Positions 48,401 through 61,640 of a stretch of DNA of 64,000 nt are shown in pieces; the stretch's first letter is position 1, and every line of letters starts with the position of its first letter. A model generated the notes under the pieces. It saw only the letters and a list, made by a program, of their open reading frames with translations. It was not told where the DNA came from and ran no database searches. The stretch is taken from positions 53,602 through 117,601 of the forward strand of contig NW_003314352.1 in NCBI RefSeq assembly GCF_000143415.4, given 5' to 3'. The stretch comes from Selaginella moellendorffii. Its lineage: Eukaryota; Plantae; Lycopodiophyta. The position numbers and the translations under genes were made by a program.

Positions 48401-50203
48401 ATGAGGCAACTAAGCAAGAGGTGCAAAATAATTGGTTAAACGGGTAGAAGGTAGCTACCCAAGCCTTCTTAATGGCTTAAGGAAGTTGGATATACCCTTA
48501 CGGGGGATAAGTTGCTTATGTTGCGATATAGTAAGTCAATGTCATGAAATGAAATACTCATTGTCAAGGAAGCCGTCATTGGGATACCCGAACACTCTAG
48601 AACACCAGGAGGTGGTGTTTGATGTCGCGAGGGCAATAGATAAGGCACAAGGGACTAAGTCCCTAGTGAATGATGGATAGAAGGTGCTATCCAAATGTCC
48701 AAGGTGGCGGAGACAGGAGAAGATTGTCTACTCGAATTGGACAAAGACAAAAATGGAATTTTGGCAAGGCTAGCGATGGGCATGTAAAGGCCCATAAGCA
48801 ACAACATAATCTCGGTGTGTGGGATTATAGGGTGAGCATACCTGGATTGAGGAACCACTCCCTAGGCTATCGGGTAAGTTCATCCCTAAGAATACTTGCT
48901 AAGGCATGATAAAAAGTGCAAAGCTATCCTCCTAGTTTGGAGGAGAATGACCAAAGGAAAGGTGTGAAGCCAAAAGCAAGAAGTAAGGGGGTAGAATCGA
49001 ACCATAGGAATCGAAGGGCATAACCAAAGTTGGTTATGCCAGCTGGGAGTGGAGAATCAAGTGGGGGCTCGAGGGTGTTGCCACTAGCAACCGTGATGCC
49101 CTGGAGAGTCTAAAATATGGAATTGTCCATGTTGGACTATATGGTAATTGGAAAGCTTGCAAAAAGGGAGGCCTTAGCAAGCTAAGGGACAGAGTTCCTT
49201 CAAGGTTCCCAAAGATGATTCTAGGTAGTTTAGTACTTAGAAAGGCCAAGCGTAAATGGTTCAAAGAACGCGCGAAATCAGAGTGGCGCAGCAAAAGCGT
49301 GGTCTTGAAGCTTGCCATGAGGCAAAGCTATCAAGGTTAGGGAAGTAGTTCCCGAGTGTTCAAAGAGAGGGCTTTGAACAAAAGTCGATGATCAAAGGCT
49401 TTCACGCTTGTGCAGGAACCATGTTACAGTGGTCGAAGGACTTGCCAAAGCGAGATTGGCAAGTCAGGGGAACAAATGCCCTAGTTGAAGGTGATAACTT
49501 CAAAAGGGTGGGCCATGGGGCCAAGCATGGAGGAGTCCATGCATGATCACAGACTTGTCAAGTGAGAGGACTTGGCAGTGTGGAGGAACTAGGTTCCTAA
49601 GCTGTGATCTATAGCGCGCTTTGAGTATAAGTTGGTGCACCGGCGTGGGGAGTCACACCAGGCATCCTGGGTGATGCCGTCCGTAGATGCATATACGGAG
49701 GTTGGGTTCGAGTCCCGACCCTCTAATGCTTGGGTTCGAGTCCCAATTCACTAGGGCATGGTGATGGTTTGGAATATGAGGACACTCATTTTTCGGTGGT
49801 CATGGACTCTCAGTGTGGAGACTGGTTTGGGCACACTGCCAAGCGAGGGATGCCTCGGAGTCGTGATGCACGGTTAGATTGCTTAGAGTGAAAGCTCGGC
49901 ATATCTAACTTGAACACTTTGGTGCAAAAGGCACCAAGGACGTGGTGAATGAGATGGGGACACCCAGTCTCAGTTGCTATGGATCCTTGGCCGGAAGGGC
50001 TAGCTTGGGCGCACCGCCAAGTGTGGGGGATGCCCCCGGGGTCAAAATCAACAACTAAGTAAGGTCTGGAAGACCTAGTCCCTATTGGTAGACTTATTAA
50101 GGGGTCAAGATGAGATCACTAGGTGATCTTGTGGTTAAACAAGGACAAGGTCTTTGTTTGGGTTAAAGAATATGATTCCTAGTTCAAAGTGTTGATTTGA
50201 ACT
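45497..50203 (+). mobile_element. Family B element: 5' LTR (45497-47154), PBS and internal region with no recognisable gag-pol
   Basis: TGTGAGACAC...CTTACA then TGGTATTGGAG. Interrupted at 50204 by the DNA transposon. Confidence 0.88.
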
Positions 50204-53200
50204 AAGCTCTATTTCGTTAAAGTGGGAATTGTCATTATCCCACTTGTAAAATAAGGTTTCCAAACCTTTATATAATATATAAATATAACAAAATTCAACT
50301 GCATTGAGGCACATGCCATTTTATTTTAAACAAGGAAATGTCTACTCAATCACTTCTCCTCCCCCTGCCATTGCTTCACCTCTCTCTTCTCCTTGTCATC
50401 GTCGTCCAATTTCTTTCCATCCTTTTAATATTGGTTCAGTTGCTCCAAGTCTAGGTGGAGCCCAAGTCCCCATTCAATCTTTACTTTCCCCTTATTAATA
50501 AAACAACTTCGTAGACTTCCAATAACATGCTGTAACACTTCTAGTATAATGCAAATCCTCTCAAAGAATTGTCTTTTAATATTAATACAATGGCATGGAA
50601 CCCCATGCCATAATAAGTTACATTTTTAAATAAATACATGCCATCTCAGACTGTTATTTTTTGCCTCCAACGCCTATACAATAATCTTGGAATTTCATCA
50701 CTCTCCACACTATCAGGATTTAAACCCAATAGTAATGCCATCTCTTCTCTAATACGTCCACGCTCATGTTCAGTGGTCAAAGAACCCATCCGGTTGAGTA
50801 GATTATGGAAATGCGGATAGTGCTTGGCTAGACAATATACATGCCATAAATGATGACTGGTGTCTGTCCGATCAAATGGCTTCTGATATACCGTTCCATC
50901 TGCCATTTGGTTAATTTCTGCAGCCACCTCCTGGACTGGCCGGTTCTCTATCACCATCGCTCCAAGCCGTTTTGCAAGGTCCCCCAGAACATACGGTTTC
51001 TTCTCCTTGGTTTCCATACTGCAAGAGATGGGGTGCACTGCATATGTGTGCGTGTTCGCTGCAGTTTTAATTGGCGAGTCATCGATGATGAGGATTTCAC
51101 TTGACCTAGCAGTCCGGTTCATCACTACAGCCTCTGGCTTGACGAAGATGGGCTTGCTACCCCTCACATGGACCATAGTCAAGCAATCCTCCTGCGTTAG
51201 GAGAAAGTCAAATGGTAATATTACTCGCGTCTGATCGTGCATCATCTGTAGCAACGTTAATGCATTGTGGCGCATCATGGATGTCCAAAATCCCAATTGC
51301 AAATTGAACCCGGCCCTCTGTTTTAAGTGTCGCATGGTCATTATTAGATCCCGCAGTTTCTCCCGTGTGATTAATGTGAATCTGTCTCTTTTGACCAACT
51401 TGCGACCGTAGGCTTTGGAGGGTGCAGTGACATTCGAGGACGAGCCACACTCATGGGAGAAAAGGACACCGTTCAGATCAAAAACGATACAGTACCTTCG
51501 CCGTGACTCTGAAATGAAATGCGACACCGTTCAGATCAAAAACGATACAGTACCTTCGCCGTGACTCTGAAATGAAATGCGTCACCAACAAAAATGGTAC
51601 AAGTCAATTTTACCATCTACATTGAAGGGCGGAAATACTCTCCTCTGCAATGTGGGGTCAATCGCATCCGATGGCGTGTGGGCACATGCCATTTCAGCTG
51701 TAGACTCTAGTACAACTGGCTCAACAGTGGCATAGGGTGGTTCCGATGGCGTGTGATCACACGCCATTTCAGCTGATGCCTCCGTTGGCAAAGTGGACAT
51801 GACCGAACAGGCAGCAGGGGCGGTGTAGGGAGGTTCCAACGGCGCATAGTCAGACGATTGGGCACACGTTAAGTCCGTTGGAAATGAGGATACGACCGGC
51901 TCGGCGGCTGGGGCGGCCTCATGCGGGTCCAATGGCGCCTGGTCACCGTCAGTTGGATACGTGGACAAGATTGACTCAGTGGTATGGGCAGCATCAAGTG
52001 GAGCGTGGTCAGCTTGCTTGGCGTTGATATAGATAGTAGCCTCCACCAACTCTGATGACTCTTGCAGGCAAGTAGAGTCCACTGGCGGATCCATATACAT
52101 GTCCAAATATCTCCCTTCGATTGAGATGGTATCCTCCCGTGCTACTAAAAACAAACTCATTAGCACATTGAATCGACTATACTGTATTTACCATCAACTG
52201 CTATTGAGGAACTAGGACCGATATCACTTGGGCGCACTGCTGATTCTGAAGGATTGGACATACATTTCGACCCTTGCTTGGCACTATCCTTCCTCGACAC
52301 TAAAGGCTAGAGTTTGTAAATTCAACTGAATAATCTCTACTTACCATTTGCTTTGCGACCTACATGGACAATGTTAGAAATGGTAAAAGGTTAGGAATGG
52401 ATGTACTATTATTTACCTGATGGTTTGTCTTGTATGACCTTCCTCCGCTGCTCTTTGGCCACCTTAGGCTAGCCATCGTCGTCATCATCGTCGTCGTCGT
52501 TATTGTGATCGTCACCATTGTGAGGACCATCCAAGTCCTCTTCGTCCTCCTCTTCTTTGTCCTCCTCTTCGTCCTTCTGCTCTTCCTGCTCATTATCTTT
52601 CTCTGGCTCCTCATCCCCCTCCTGCATTTCTTCCATAGGCTGCTCAGGCTGGATGGCTTGTTCTTCTAGGAGCATCTTGGGAAAATCATCTGGCCGAGTC
52701 TCCATCTCAAAATACAAGACATCCATAACCTGTTTTAGTGCGTGACCTAGGACCGTATCCTCACCCGACTGTCTTAACATGGTTTCTACACGTTCTTGCA
52801 CCCTTCGAAGACGACGAGATGAGAAAAACGTGGCCCTAACTTGAAAAGCATCCCTCATCCATTGTACCTCTCCATTGAGATTGGGGAAGGGGAGTCCGCC
52901 ATAGGAATCTGAGTCAGGAGGTGGTGACTGCCTGCTTTCATTCAGCCCTTGATCTGCAATGAATGGCATGAGCACACACGCCATAACCGCGAGGCATTAC
53001 CTATCATCTTTTTGTTGCCCTTCTTCCTTTTCGAATCAAACGCCTCTGATCCCGACGACTGTCCAATGTGCTTTCGCTGTTTATGACCACTGTCAGTTTG
53101 AGCTTGGCTGGTGCTTGCCTGTTTTGCCTTTGAAGAAGTGTCTCCTGCAAGGAATGGCATGAGACCACACGCCATTGCAAATATAATTTGTACCTCCTTT

Positions 53201-55393
53201 TTTTCTATTGCTTGTCTGTTTGTCCTTCTTCGACGCGCCACCAGTGCGCTTTTCAGTCCTCGTGTCTAAATATTCATAACGATCTATAATCAAAATGGCG
53301 TGAGGCCTCACGTGACCTTACCTTGTGCAGGTTGTGAGCTCGGCCCAACATGGGTATCTTCAACAGTAGCTGTTAATGCCATTTCAGCATCTAGGGGTGG
53401 CCACGCTCCTGCATACAGAGCTTGTGAGGTAACATTTAAACTTAAAGTGCGTACTCACCAGGTTCGCAGAGAAGATACTGTTTTTCTTTGGCAACTATAA
53501 TTATATGCTCCATTGAAGTCACCTCTTCAATGGAGTTTGTCACCGCAACACACGGGACACCCTTGAGTAGTGCGGCTCGAAAGAATAGTCCGCCGCAATT
53601 GTACTCGACAACGCATTTGCCCTTGGAGTCGGAAGCAGGTGACCCGCCCGCTATTGCGTTGAAGACCCAGTTGAGCATTTCCCATGCTGCACCTGGAGCT
53701 TTCTTTGGATTCGAAAGCTCCATAGCCGTCTTCAGTTCCTTAGGCACGGGTAAATTGACCTCCCTCAGATCAATTCGATCGGCCTTGTCGAACGAAGCTG
53801 GGAAGTCACTCCAGTCCCACTCTGCTGCAGGACCAATAACAAGGGTGAGTGTGAAGATGCGAACATTCGTCAGTATCTTCTTCTTAGCCATTATCCCATG
53901 GATCTCCCGCATCTCCTTGCCTTTCAACCGAGCCTTCACCTCGTTCAAGGCCTTCTAGAACTTGTGATAGGATTTGGAGTCGTAGATCATATAGTGGACT
54001 GAAGATTCCACCTCCGCAAGTCCCACCATTAAGTCAATGATGGAGCTGACTTCGTCTGCATGAGTGATCTCCTCGTTTGTGAAGTCCATCACACAAAAGA
54101 TGTTCTTGACCTACTCATCTCCACGGGAAACGATGCTCCTCCACCTTTGATCCTCATCCGAATTCAGGTATACCCGGTAAGGTTCTCGATAGGCCTCTGC
54201 TGCGGGGTCGAGTTGTTTCTGAAGCCGGCGGTCAACATCACTCTTAATGAAATTTGGATACTGATCCAACTTCTCAGCTTTACTTTTCGTGGCATCCCGC
54301 AGCAGATCGATGAACTTGGGGGCCCCATTCACGTACTCGTCGATGTCTTCATTTGACAAATCCAGCGCTTCCATCATCTCTTGCGTGGTGTCAATGCTCA
54401 CCCTCTCCACAGCCACTTGCTCGAAGATCCAATCCTTCAATAGCGCACAAGCTTTCAGAGTCGTGCACAAGTCCTCGTATGTCACAATATGGCCGGGAGT
54501 CATTTTGGTCTTGTTGAAGACTACCTCACCACGTAGAAGAGCATTAGCCACTGTCAGAAGGTCGTCGTCGTCTAGAGACCGCGAGAAACGCAAGGCGTTG
54601 AGCTTCAAATCATTGGGCTTCCGGCCGTCCTCCACACCCATTGAGTTTAGTAACTCCCCGTCATGGTACCTCCTCAGCACATCTACCCATTTGTCAAAAA
54701 CAAATTTTATCGTGAGTAGAATGTTATGGATGCTGAGTGTGTCATTGACCCCCAGTGTTTTCGAGAGAAGACTCGAGAATTCCTGCAATGGAAATGGCAT
54801 GAGGCCACATGCTATGCCACATGCAACAAGGCTTACCTACCAGGCGCTAGTTGTTAATGCACGTCCTTGTCCTGGTTTTTGTGGCTTCTTCAGTTGAACC
54901 CAGAGCTTTCATGTTCGTGCCAATGTCTCGTGCAGACCCGATTTGTAGCACGTTTCTTGCTTGACATTCTGCACGTGGGAGATGTATATGACAGATCGGA
55001 GGGGCGAGTTGCCTTTTATCAGCGGACAACTCTTGTCTTAAAAACTTTCTTCACCTCCTCGCCCACCATAATATCCACAACTATCTCTTGCATCACCAAG
55101 CTAGAATGCTGCCCGGAGACGGCATAGAACCGGATGTTCTGATCGTCCAACACCTTCCTATTGATCAAGTCTAGAAACCTCGTCTCGCCCTTCATTGTTC
55201 GGTAGTAGGGGATCACGTCTGCGATGTCGGGTGTTACTGGACTTGCTAGCATCTTCTGCTTCAGTTTCTCCACCCACTCATCAGATACTAGCCTGTGGTT
55301 GTATTTGCTTTGGATGTCGATACGGCTCACGTCGATTGTATATACTTTGTTGGAATAGTAACAAGTACTATTATCTGCGACGATTTTTGCTGC
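50204..55393 (+). mobile_element. Second, truncated copy of the Sola-like transposon (cargo-gene end, inverted relative to copy 1)
   Basis: Begins with the TIR AAGCTCTATTTCGTTAAAGTGGGA and is the reverse complement of 31502-36652. The uninterrupted target GAACTATTGG is seen at ~41510. Contains a 58-bp tandem duplication at 51465-51580. Confidence 0.95.
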
Positions 55394-57374
55394 AGCATAC
55401 TTTTGTACGGTTGAAGGAGATCTTGACTACAGTTCCTGTTCTCAAGATCCTAGATCTTGATAAACCCTTCGAAGTGCATTGTGATGCATCTGGATATGCT
55501 ATCGGTGCTATGTTACAGCAAGATTGTGATAAAGTGGTTGGTGTTACGCTAAGGCAACATAGTTGTCCTGTTGTGTTCTATTCCAAGAAATTGGATGAGA
55601 CCCAACGAAGATGGCCAACGCATGAGAAAGAGATGTTTGCTATAGTGTCGGCCCTGGAATATTGGAAACACTACTTGGGTGGACATACCAAGGTTTATAC
55701 GGATAGTAACACACTAAGCTACTTTGCTACACAGCCTAAGCTTACACCGAAGCAGGCTCATTGACAAGAGAAGCTTGCTAGGTATGATATTGAAATCATA
55801 TATAAACTTGGTAAAGACAATATTGTTCCAAATGCGTTGAGTCATCAGGCTCAATTCTGGGCAATATCGACAATCAGTTCGGACTGGTTAGAGGACATTT
55901 GGGCTTCGTATGGAAGTGATCCATTGGCGAAGGCAATCTTATGCCATACGAGGTTGTTGAAGCAGAGCCCTGGTAGCATAGTAGTGAAAATTGCTAGTCG
56001 CACTAATGTAAAGCTTCACTTCTAAGTTCAGGATGCGCTTATATTCTATAAGCAAGAAAGATTGTATCTTCCCTATAAGGATCTGCAACAGTTATTTCTG
56101 CGGGAACATCATGATGTTCCAGCAGTAGGACATGGTGGGAAGCGAAAGACTCTGGCTTCATTGAAAAAGGGGTTTTTTTGGTTTGGTATGGAAGGTGATG
56201 TAGCGAATTATATCCATTCCTGCCCTATATGCCAACAATGTAAGCGTAGAACTGAGAAGCAGGCTGGAAAGTTGCAGTGCATTCCAACACTGGCATGGCT
56301 ATTTCAGAGTGTGACACTTGATTTCATCACTTGCTTGCCAAAGTCTAAGGGTTATGATACTTTGATGGTGGTTGTGGATCGATTGTCGAAGATTGCACAC
56401 TTCATTCCAACTGTGGGAACAGTAAATGTGAAACAAGTAACAAAGCTCTTTTTCCATGAAGTAGTGCGAGTTCGTGGTTTTCCTGAAGAGATGATCTCGG
56501 ATAGAGATTCGAGGTTTACAAGGAAGTTTTGGGGCACACTGTTCCAGCTGTTCAGTACCAAGTTGAATTTTAGTACGGCTTATCATCCTCAGACTGATGG
56601 GCAGACCGAACATGTGAATGCTCAAGTTGAGAATTATCTATGGTACTATATCGTGGCAGAAGAACGCAATTGGGTTGAGCATTTAGACATAGCAAAAATC
56701 TCTTATAACAACACATTTCACAACGCTATAGGCTGTTCTCCATGGGAAATGCTACAAGGGAATGCTCGTGGGGTTCTTCAACAGATTATTGTACCAAAAC
56801 CAATGTCCGAAGTGTTGGTCCCGGCCATTGAGACTTATGCGGAGCAGTTACGCCAAAGTTGGTCTAGAACTACTGAGGTGATGGGCAAAGCTCAGGATAG
56901 GTATCGGCATGATAAGGATCCACATCGTCGGAATGTATCTTATCAATTGGAAGATCAGGTGTGGCTATCTTCCCAAAACTTGAACATTAAGGGTTCTTTG
57001 TCTCAGAAGCTCTTGCTGAGATATGTTGGACCCTATCGGGTGTTAAAACGAATTGGTGATGTATCCTATCGGTTGGATCTTCCTGTGGAGATGTCCAATA
57101 TTCATAATGTATTTCATGTCAATCTATTGGCTCCTTACACTATAGATGTTAAGCGCCACAGAGAAATTCGTCCACCGCCAGAAGTTGTGGATGGTGATCT
57201 GAATACGAAGTTGAAAGTATTCTATCATGTCACCGGAAATGTGGTGGTCGTGCGAAGGAATATCTAGTTAAGTGGAAAGGTTAACCATCTTGTGAATCAA
57301 CTTGGGAACCTCTTAGTAATCTTACCCATGCTTGTGAGCTTGTCACAAAGTATGAGAATAGTAATAAAGATTAG
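55394..57374 (+). pseudogene. pol: Ty3/gypsy chromovirus family D pol remnant (RNase H, integrase, chromodomain), intronless
   Basis: VHCDASG, LDFITCLP, YHPQTDGQTE, RYVGPY and a frameshifted chromodomain. Contains stops. Confidence 0.92.
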
Positions 57375-58219
57375 ATTTTGTAAAAATCTTGTAATAAATC
57401 TTGCAAATCAATAAAGAAATATTTCTATAAATCAAAGTGTCGTTTCTCTCATTCATTAGTACTTGGGTCAGTTTTGGCAGGCTGACTTCGACACTTCGGT
57501 GCATGGGTCCAATCCAAACCATGGGGATAACTATTATAGACTGATCACAAGTCCTTGCCTCTCTCTTGATGACTCATTTTCGAAAAGGGGCATGGTCGTG
57601 TAAACAACTTAATCTACCAGTTTATAGTAGTTGTCTAAATCTTCTCGATGGGGTTGATTTCTTACTCAGGGGAGAGTGTCGCGAATGTGACTTCGGGTAT
57701 CAAAAGATACTTGTCAGCCAGTCCTTATGGGCACTCTTTCCTTACTTCCACGACGGCAGGAAGTCGATACTGCTGGTCCCTTTTATGGTCTCCACTCAAG
57801 CTAGTTGAGAAATTAATCATCACGTGTGCACTTGACTATATGAGCATAAGGATGAAATTCTTATATGCTATTTATCAAGCATACTTAACTTGGTTAGAGA
57901 AACTCATTCGTTGGCTTGCACTTGCTAGTGTTGGGAACCCCCGTGATATTGAGACTAGTCCCTCAATATTCGCTAAATGATAGCTTACCGTGTTTGCCAA
58001 ACACCCTCGCTATCATGCCCTTTGTGTTAGTCTCATTTCAGTCCCAAGTGCTATTTATGGAAAGTGTCTAGATTAACTCATTTGGCATATCTACAAAATG
58101 TAAAGATCAGCCTAAACACAATGGTGTTCGTCCCATGTCCAAATTCGCAATCTAGCACCATTCCATATTTAGTAAGTTTCAGACTTATCCCAAAGACTAA
58201 CTCCTAGTACTAAGGGAGG

Positions 58220-58601
58220 CTTGGGGAGAAATCCCAAAGCATGTGTCCCTCAAGGGGGGGGGGGGGGGGGCTGTTGGGGGTTCCAAATGTATATAATAGG
58301 GATAGTGGTTGGAATGCATGTCCGACCACCTGAGACATTAATTTGGCTCCCACTAGGCTGTGTCACTCTTTTTTCTGCATCCGGCTTGGGTCTAAGCCCA
58401 AGCTCCACACTACTCTAGTTGGTGGGGTACCCTCCTCCTCGCGTTAGGCCACCGGTATGCCAAAATTGTGCCAGATTCCGTCTAACACCATTTTGCGTGT
58501 AGGTGCTAGATACAGGGAGCTGGTGCTCGTGGGATTGTACCGGACCCTCATTTCGTAGTGCAACAGGCTTGGAGTTCGGCTCCAAATTCAAGTGCACTAC
58601 A
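58220..58601 (+). mobile_element. Probable 3' LTR of family D (left boundary uncertain)
   Basis: Ends GTGCACTACA like the family C LTR and shares the CCCAAAGC-polyG-TTCCAAA module with the family A LTR. Confidence 0.55.
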
Positions 58602-60097
58602 ACCAATAAAAGTCAAACTAAGGAACAATTCCAATACTAAATAAATTTTTCATTTTACTTTAGTCACTTTACCACACCTTTGATGATTTAGAGGAGTTTC
58701 ACTCACAACCTTCATAAGTCTTATTCTTGACTTGAGGATATGCTAGCCCCATGAATGGCATCTATGCTACTCAGCCTTTGCACTTGGTCCAAATTCTCCA
58801 CATGTCCGATCCTATGACAAACACCCCAAAGGTACTAGTAACCTATCAACCCATCACACTAAGGCTATGTCCATTCACCTCTGTCATATTAGTAGTTCAA
58901 GACTACTTGTATCACAACCCCATCTCCTAAAGACTAGGCCATCTATTTAGAAGTGGTTATCCCAAAACTACACCTTAATATCCTTAGGATGTCTGGAGAC
59001 ATGGGGAACACCCTTTTCAAATATCCCTTCCTCAGTCCCCAGCAAGTCCCTTTACATCTATAGCCATGCTCTCCAACACTACCACTAGGTTAGGGCCTAA
59101 TGGCCTAACCACTAAGTCCCATTGACCTTAGGACTTTCTTACCTTGTGACAATGTCCTTGGTCACTACACAAGAGGATTGCTCCTTTTCCTTTCCATAAT
59201 TTGGGACTTTGGGATGACATTTCGAAACACCATGGCCCTACATGAGCCTCGTGAGTACTCTCCCCACCTTCCACTTTTGGGTGCCCTAGCCATGAGGCTA
59301 GAGGGTTCTGATAAGCCACACTAATTATCTAACTAAGTAGTGCCACCCACACTTGGATTGGGAGCATTGACCATTGGATCTTCTAAAGGGGCTAGAGCCA
59401 GCTCTTAAACACCTTACCAAGCTACCCCATTTGTTTGTCCATATTCACTCTAGCTTTGGACTCCCTAGTGGTTATATCATCACCCAACACGTGGGTATAA
59501 CCTTCCTGGGCCACACTAGCCTTTCCTGGCCAAATTGGTTCCGTTGTAGTCTAACCCCCACACTCTCCTTACTATACTTTTGGAACCCTTTGCAACTGCC
59601 TTGCCCCCTAGGGGACAATTGCTTTGAGCTTTCACCCCACAATCTGTATTAATATTTGGCCTCAGTGTCAGACTTGGACTCAGTCTAGGTCAAGGTCTCA
59701 GTCTCTGTCTTAGTCTCCATCTCAGACTCCATCTCGGGTTCCATCTCAAGTCCATCTCAAACTCCATCTTGGGTCCATCTTGGCCTCCACCTCGGACTCC
59801 ATCTTGAGTCCATCTCGAACTCCATATTGGACTCCATCTCAAGTCCATCTCGGACTCCACCACAAATCCCATCTCGGGTCCAACTCGGACTACATCTTAG
59901 ACTCCATCTTGGACTCCATCTCGGACTGGTTCATGCTTATTCCTTGATAACTTTATTTGGAATTTCACTTCCACTCTCGACTATCCAAGTCAAAGCTTTT
60001 GGTCCAAACATGTTATGCTTGTTGGACTTCCACTTTAACCACTACTATAGGGCACTTTTTCGGCTCTACTTTGGGGCTCAAAGATTTGTATCTCACA
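58602..60097 (-). mobile_element. Diverged family B 5' LTR with PBS remnant
   Basis: Colinear with 314-2080 and ends TCTCACA at 60097. Confidence 0.88.
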
Positions 60098-60750
60098 ATT
60101 CAAGAATGCTATGTTTCTGAGGCTGTCAATATCTAGGGGTAAAAGGCTGCCAATCAAACTGGATTTACAATTGTGGGATTGATATTACTTATATAAGCTA
60201 GATCCATAGCTCAATTATTTTGAAGTAGATTCTGTGCCAAAGGAGTGGCCAGTTGAGCGAAGCGACAATCTTTTGAAAGAAGAGATTGAAAGTCTAGATA
60301 GAGCAAGTTTCAAGCTGAAGAGTTCCTTAAATCTTATTATTGATATTGCTATGCCACCAATGTAAACACTAGACTAGCATACACGACCAATTAGAAATGG
60401 GAAGGTTGTATAATATAAGTCTTCCATTTCAAAATGTGTGCAAGAGAAAATCAAGCTAGCAAAGGAGTTGAAGTGCATAATCACAAAGATAAATTACATC
60501 AATGCTGTGGCTAAGGAGTTTGTTGTTGTGACTGAGTCATCAAAAAGTACGAGCTACACTTTCAAAATCTATGAAAATCCATCCTGTATCTGTCTAGAGT
60601 TTATACAAAGGGAGAATAGGGGAAAGGTATATTTAGCTTGCAAACACATTTATTAAATTTTTATGTAGGAACTAAACCAAGATCCTAAGATTAACTATTA
60701 TATCCACTAGACAAGCCTTACAGTTGTGGAGATTGAGAAGTGTTTTTAAA
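60098..60750 (+). pseudogene. SWIM zinc-finger remnant (MULE-type transposase C-terminus)
   Basis: YTFKIYENPSCICLEF...YLACKHIY (CxC...CKH) with stops. Confidence 0.65.
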
Positions 60751-60919
60751 TTGTTTTTAGTGTTCGGATCTATATTTATATTTGTATTTTATTGGTCAAA
60801 TTTACTTAGAAATATAGATTAAATCAAAATTTGAAAGATGAAAAAATGTTAGTCAAGATAAACCAATGTTTTTCTTGTGTTTGAGAAGTCAAGAACTCAG
60901 CTCATGAGCTCAAAACCTA

Positions 60920-61640
60920 CCCAGGCTCGCCGAGAAGCAATTCAAGGCTGAGGTGAGCACAATTGGAAAAGTACACAATGTCAACTTGGTCTGCCTCCTT
61001 GGCTACTGCGCAAAGGGAGACCACCACCTCCTTGTCTATGAGTTCATGCCAAATAGTTCTCTTGATCACCACCTCTCAGCCTTGTCCTCATTCATTGCCT
61101 CACAAGAAATCTTCTCAACTTGGGAGACTCGACACTCCATCGTGCTCCACAAAAAGTGTGGTGAGCGCATTTTCTACTGCAATGTCAAGCCACAAAATGT
61201 GCTGCTGGACGAGAGCTCCGGCCAAAGGTGTCCGACTTTAAGCTGGTGAGGATGATGAGAAAAGAACTGATGAGCATCACCACCATGCAAGGAACCAGGG
61301 GTACCTCACTCCAGAGTGGCTCGAGAGCCAATCCATCACCCCCAAGGCTGATGTCTATAGCTTTGGATGCTCCTGCTGGATATCTTGAGTGGCAAGGGAG
61401 CTGGGCGGTGGAGACAAGGAATCCGAAAATGCGCCACTGCCACCACCTGGCAAGTGGTATTTCCCAATCTATGCCTTCCACAAGTACATGACCTCGGAGC
61501 TGGAGAGCATTGCCAATCCAAACCCGGAAAACAGCAATCAAGATCGCCCTGTAGTGCATCCACCAGGATCCAGGATCCAGGTCAGCAATGAGCCACATGG
61601 TGCAGATCCTGGAGGGTGAAGCGGAGGTGCCAACACCACC
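60920..61640 (+). pseudogene. Receptor-like Ser/Thr kinase pseudogene fragment (S-domain SD-2-like)
   Basis: EKQFKAEVSTIGKVHNVNLV.LLGYC, LVYEFMPN.SLD, NVKPQNVLLD, GTRG and PEW...KADVYSF. Frameshifted, catalytic Asp lost, no ectodomain. Confidence 0.85.

Noticed and set aside
55195-55764. 189-aa ORF as a novel fusion gene
   Set aside because: Its first third is antisense cargo-gene sequence read through a deletion junction into RNase H.
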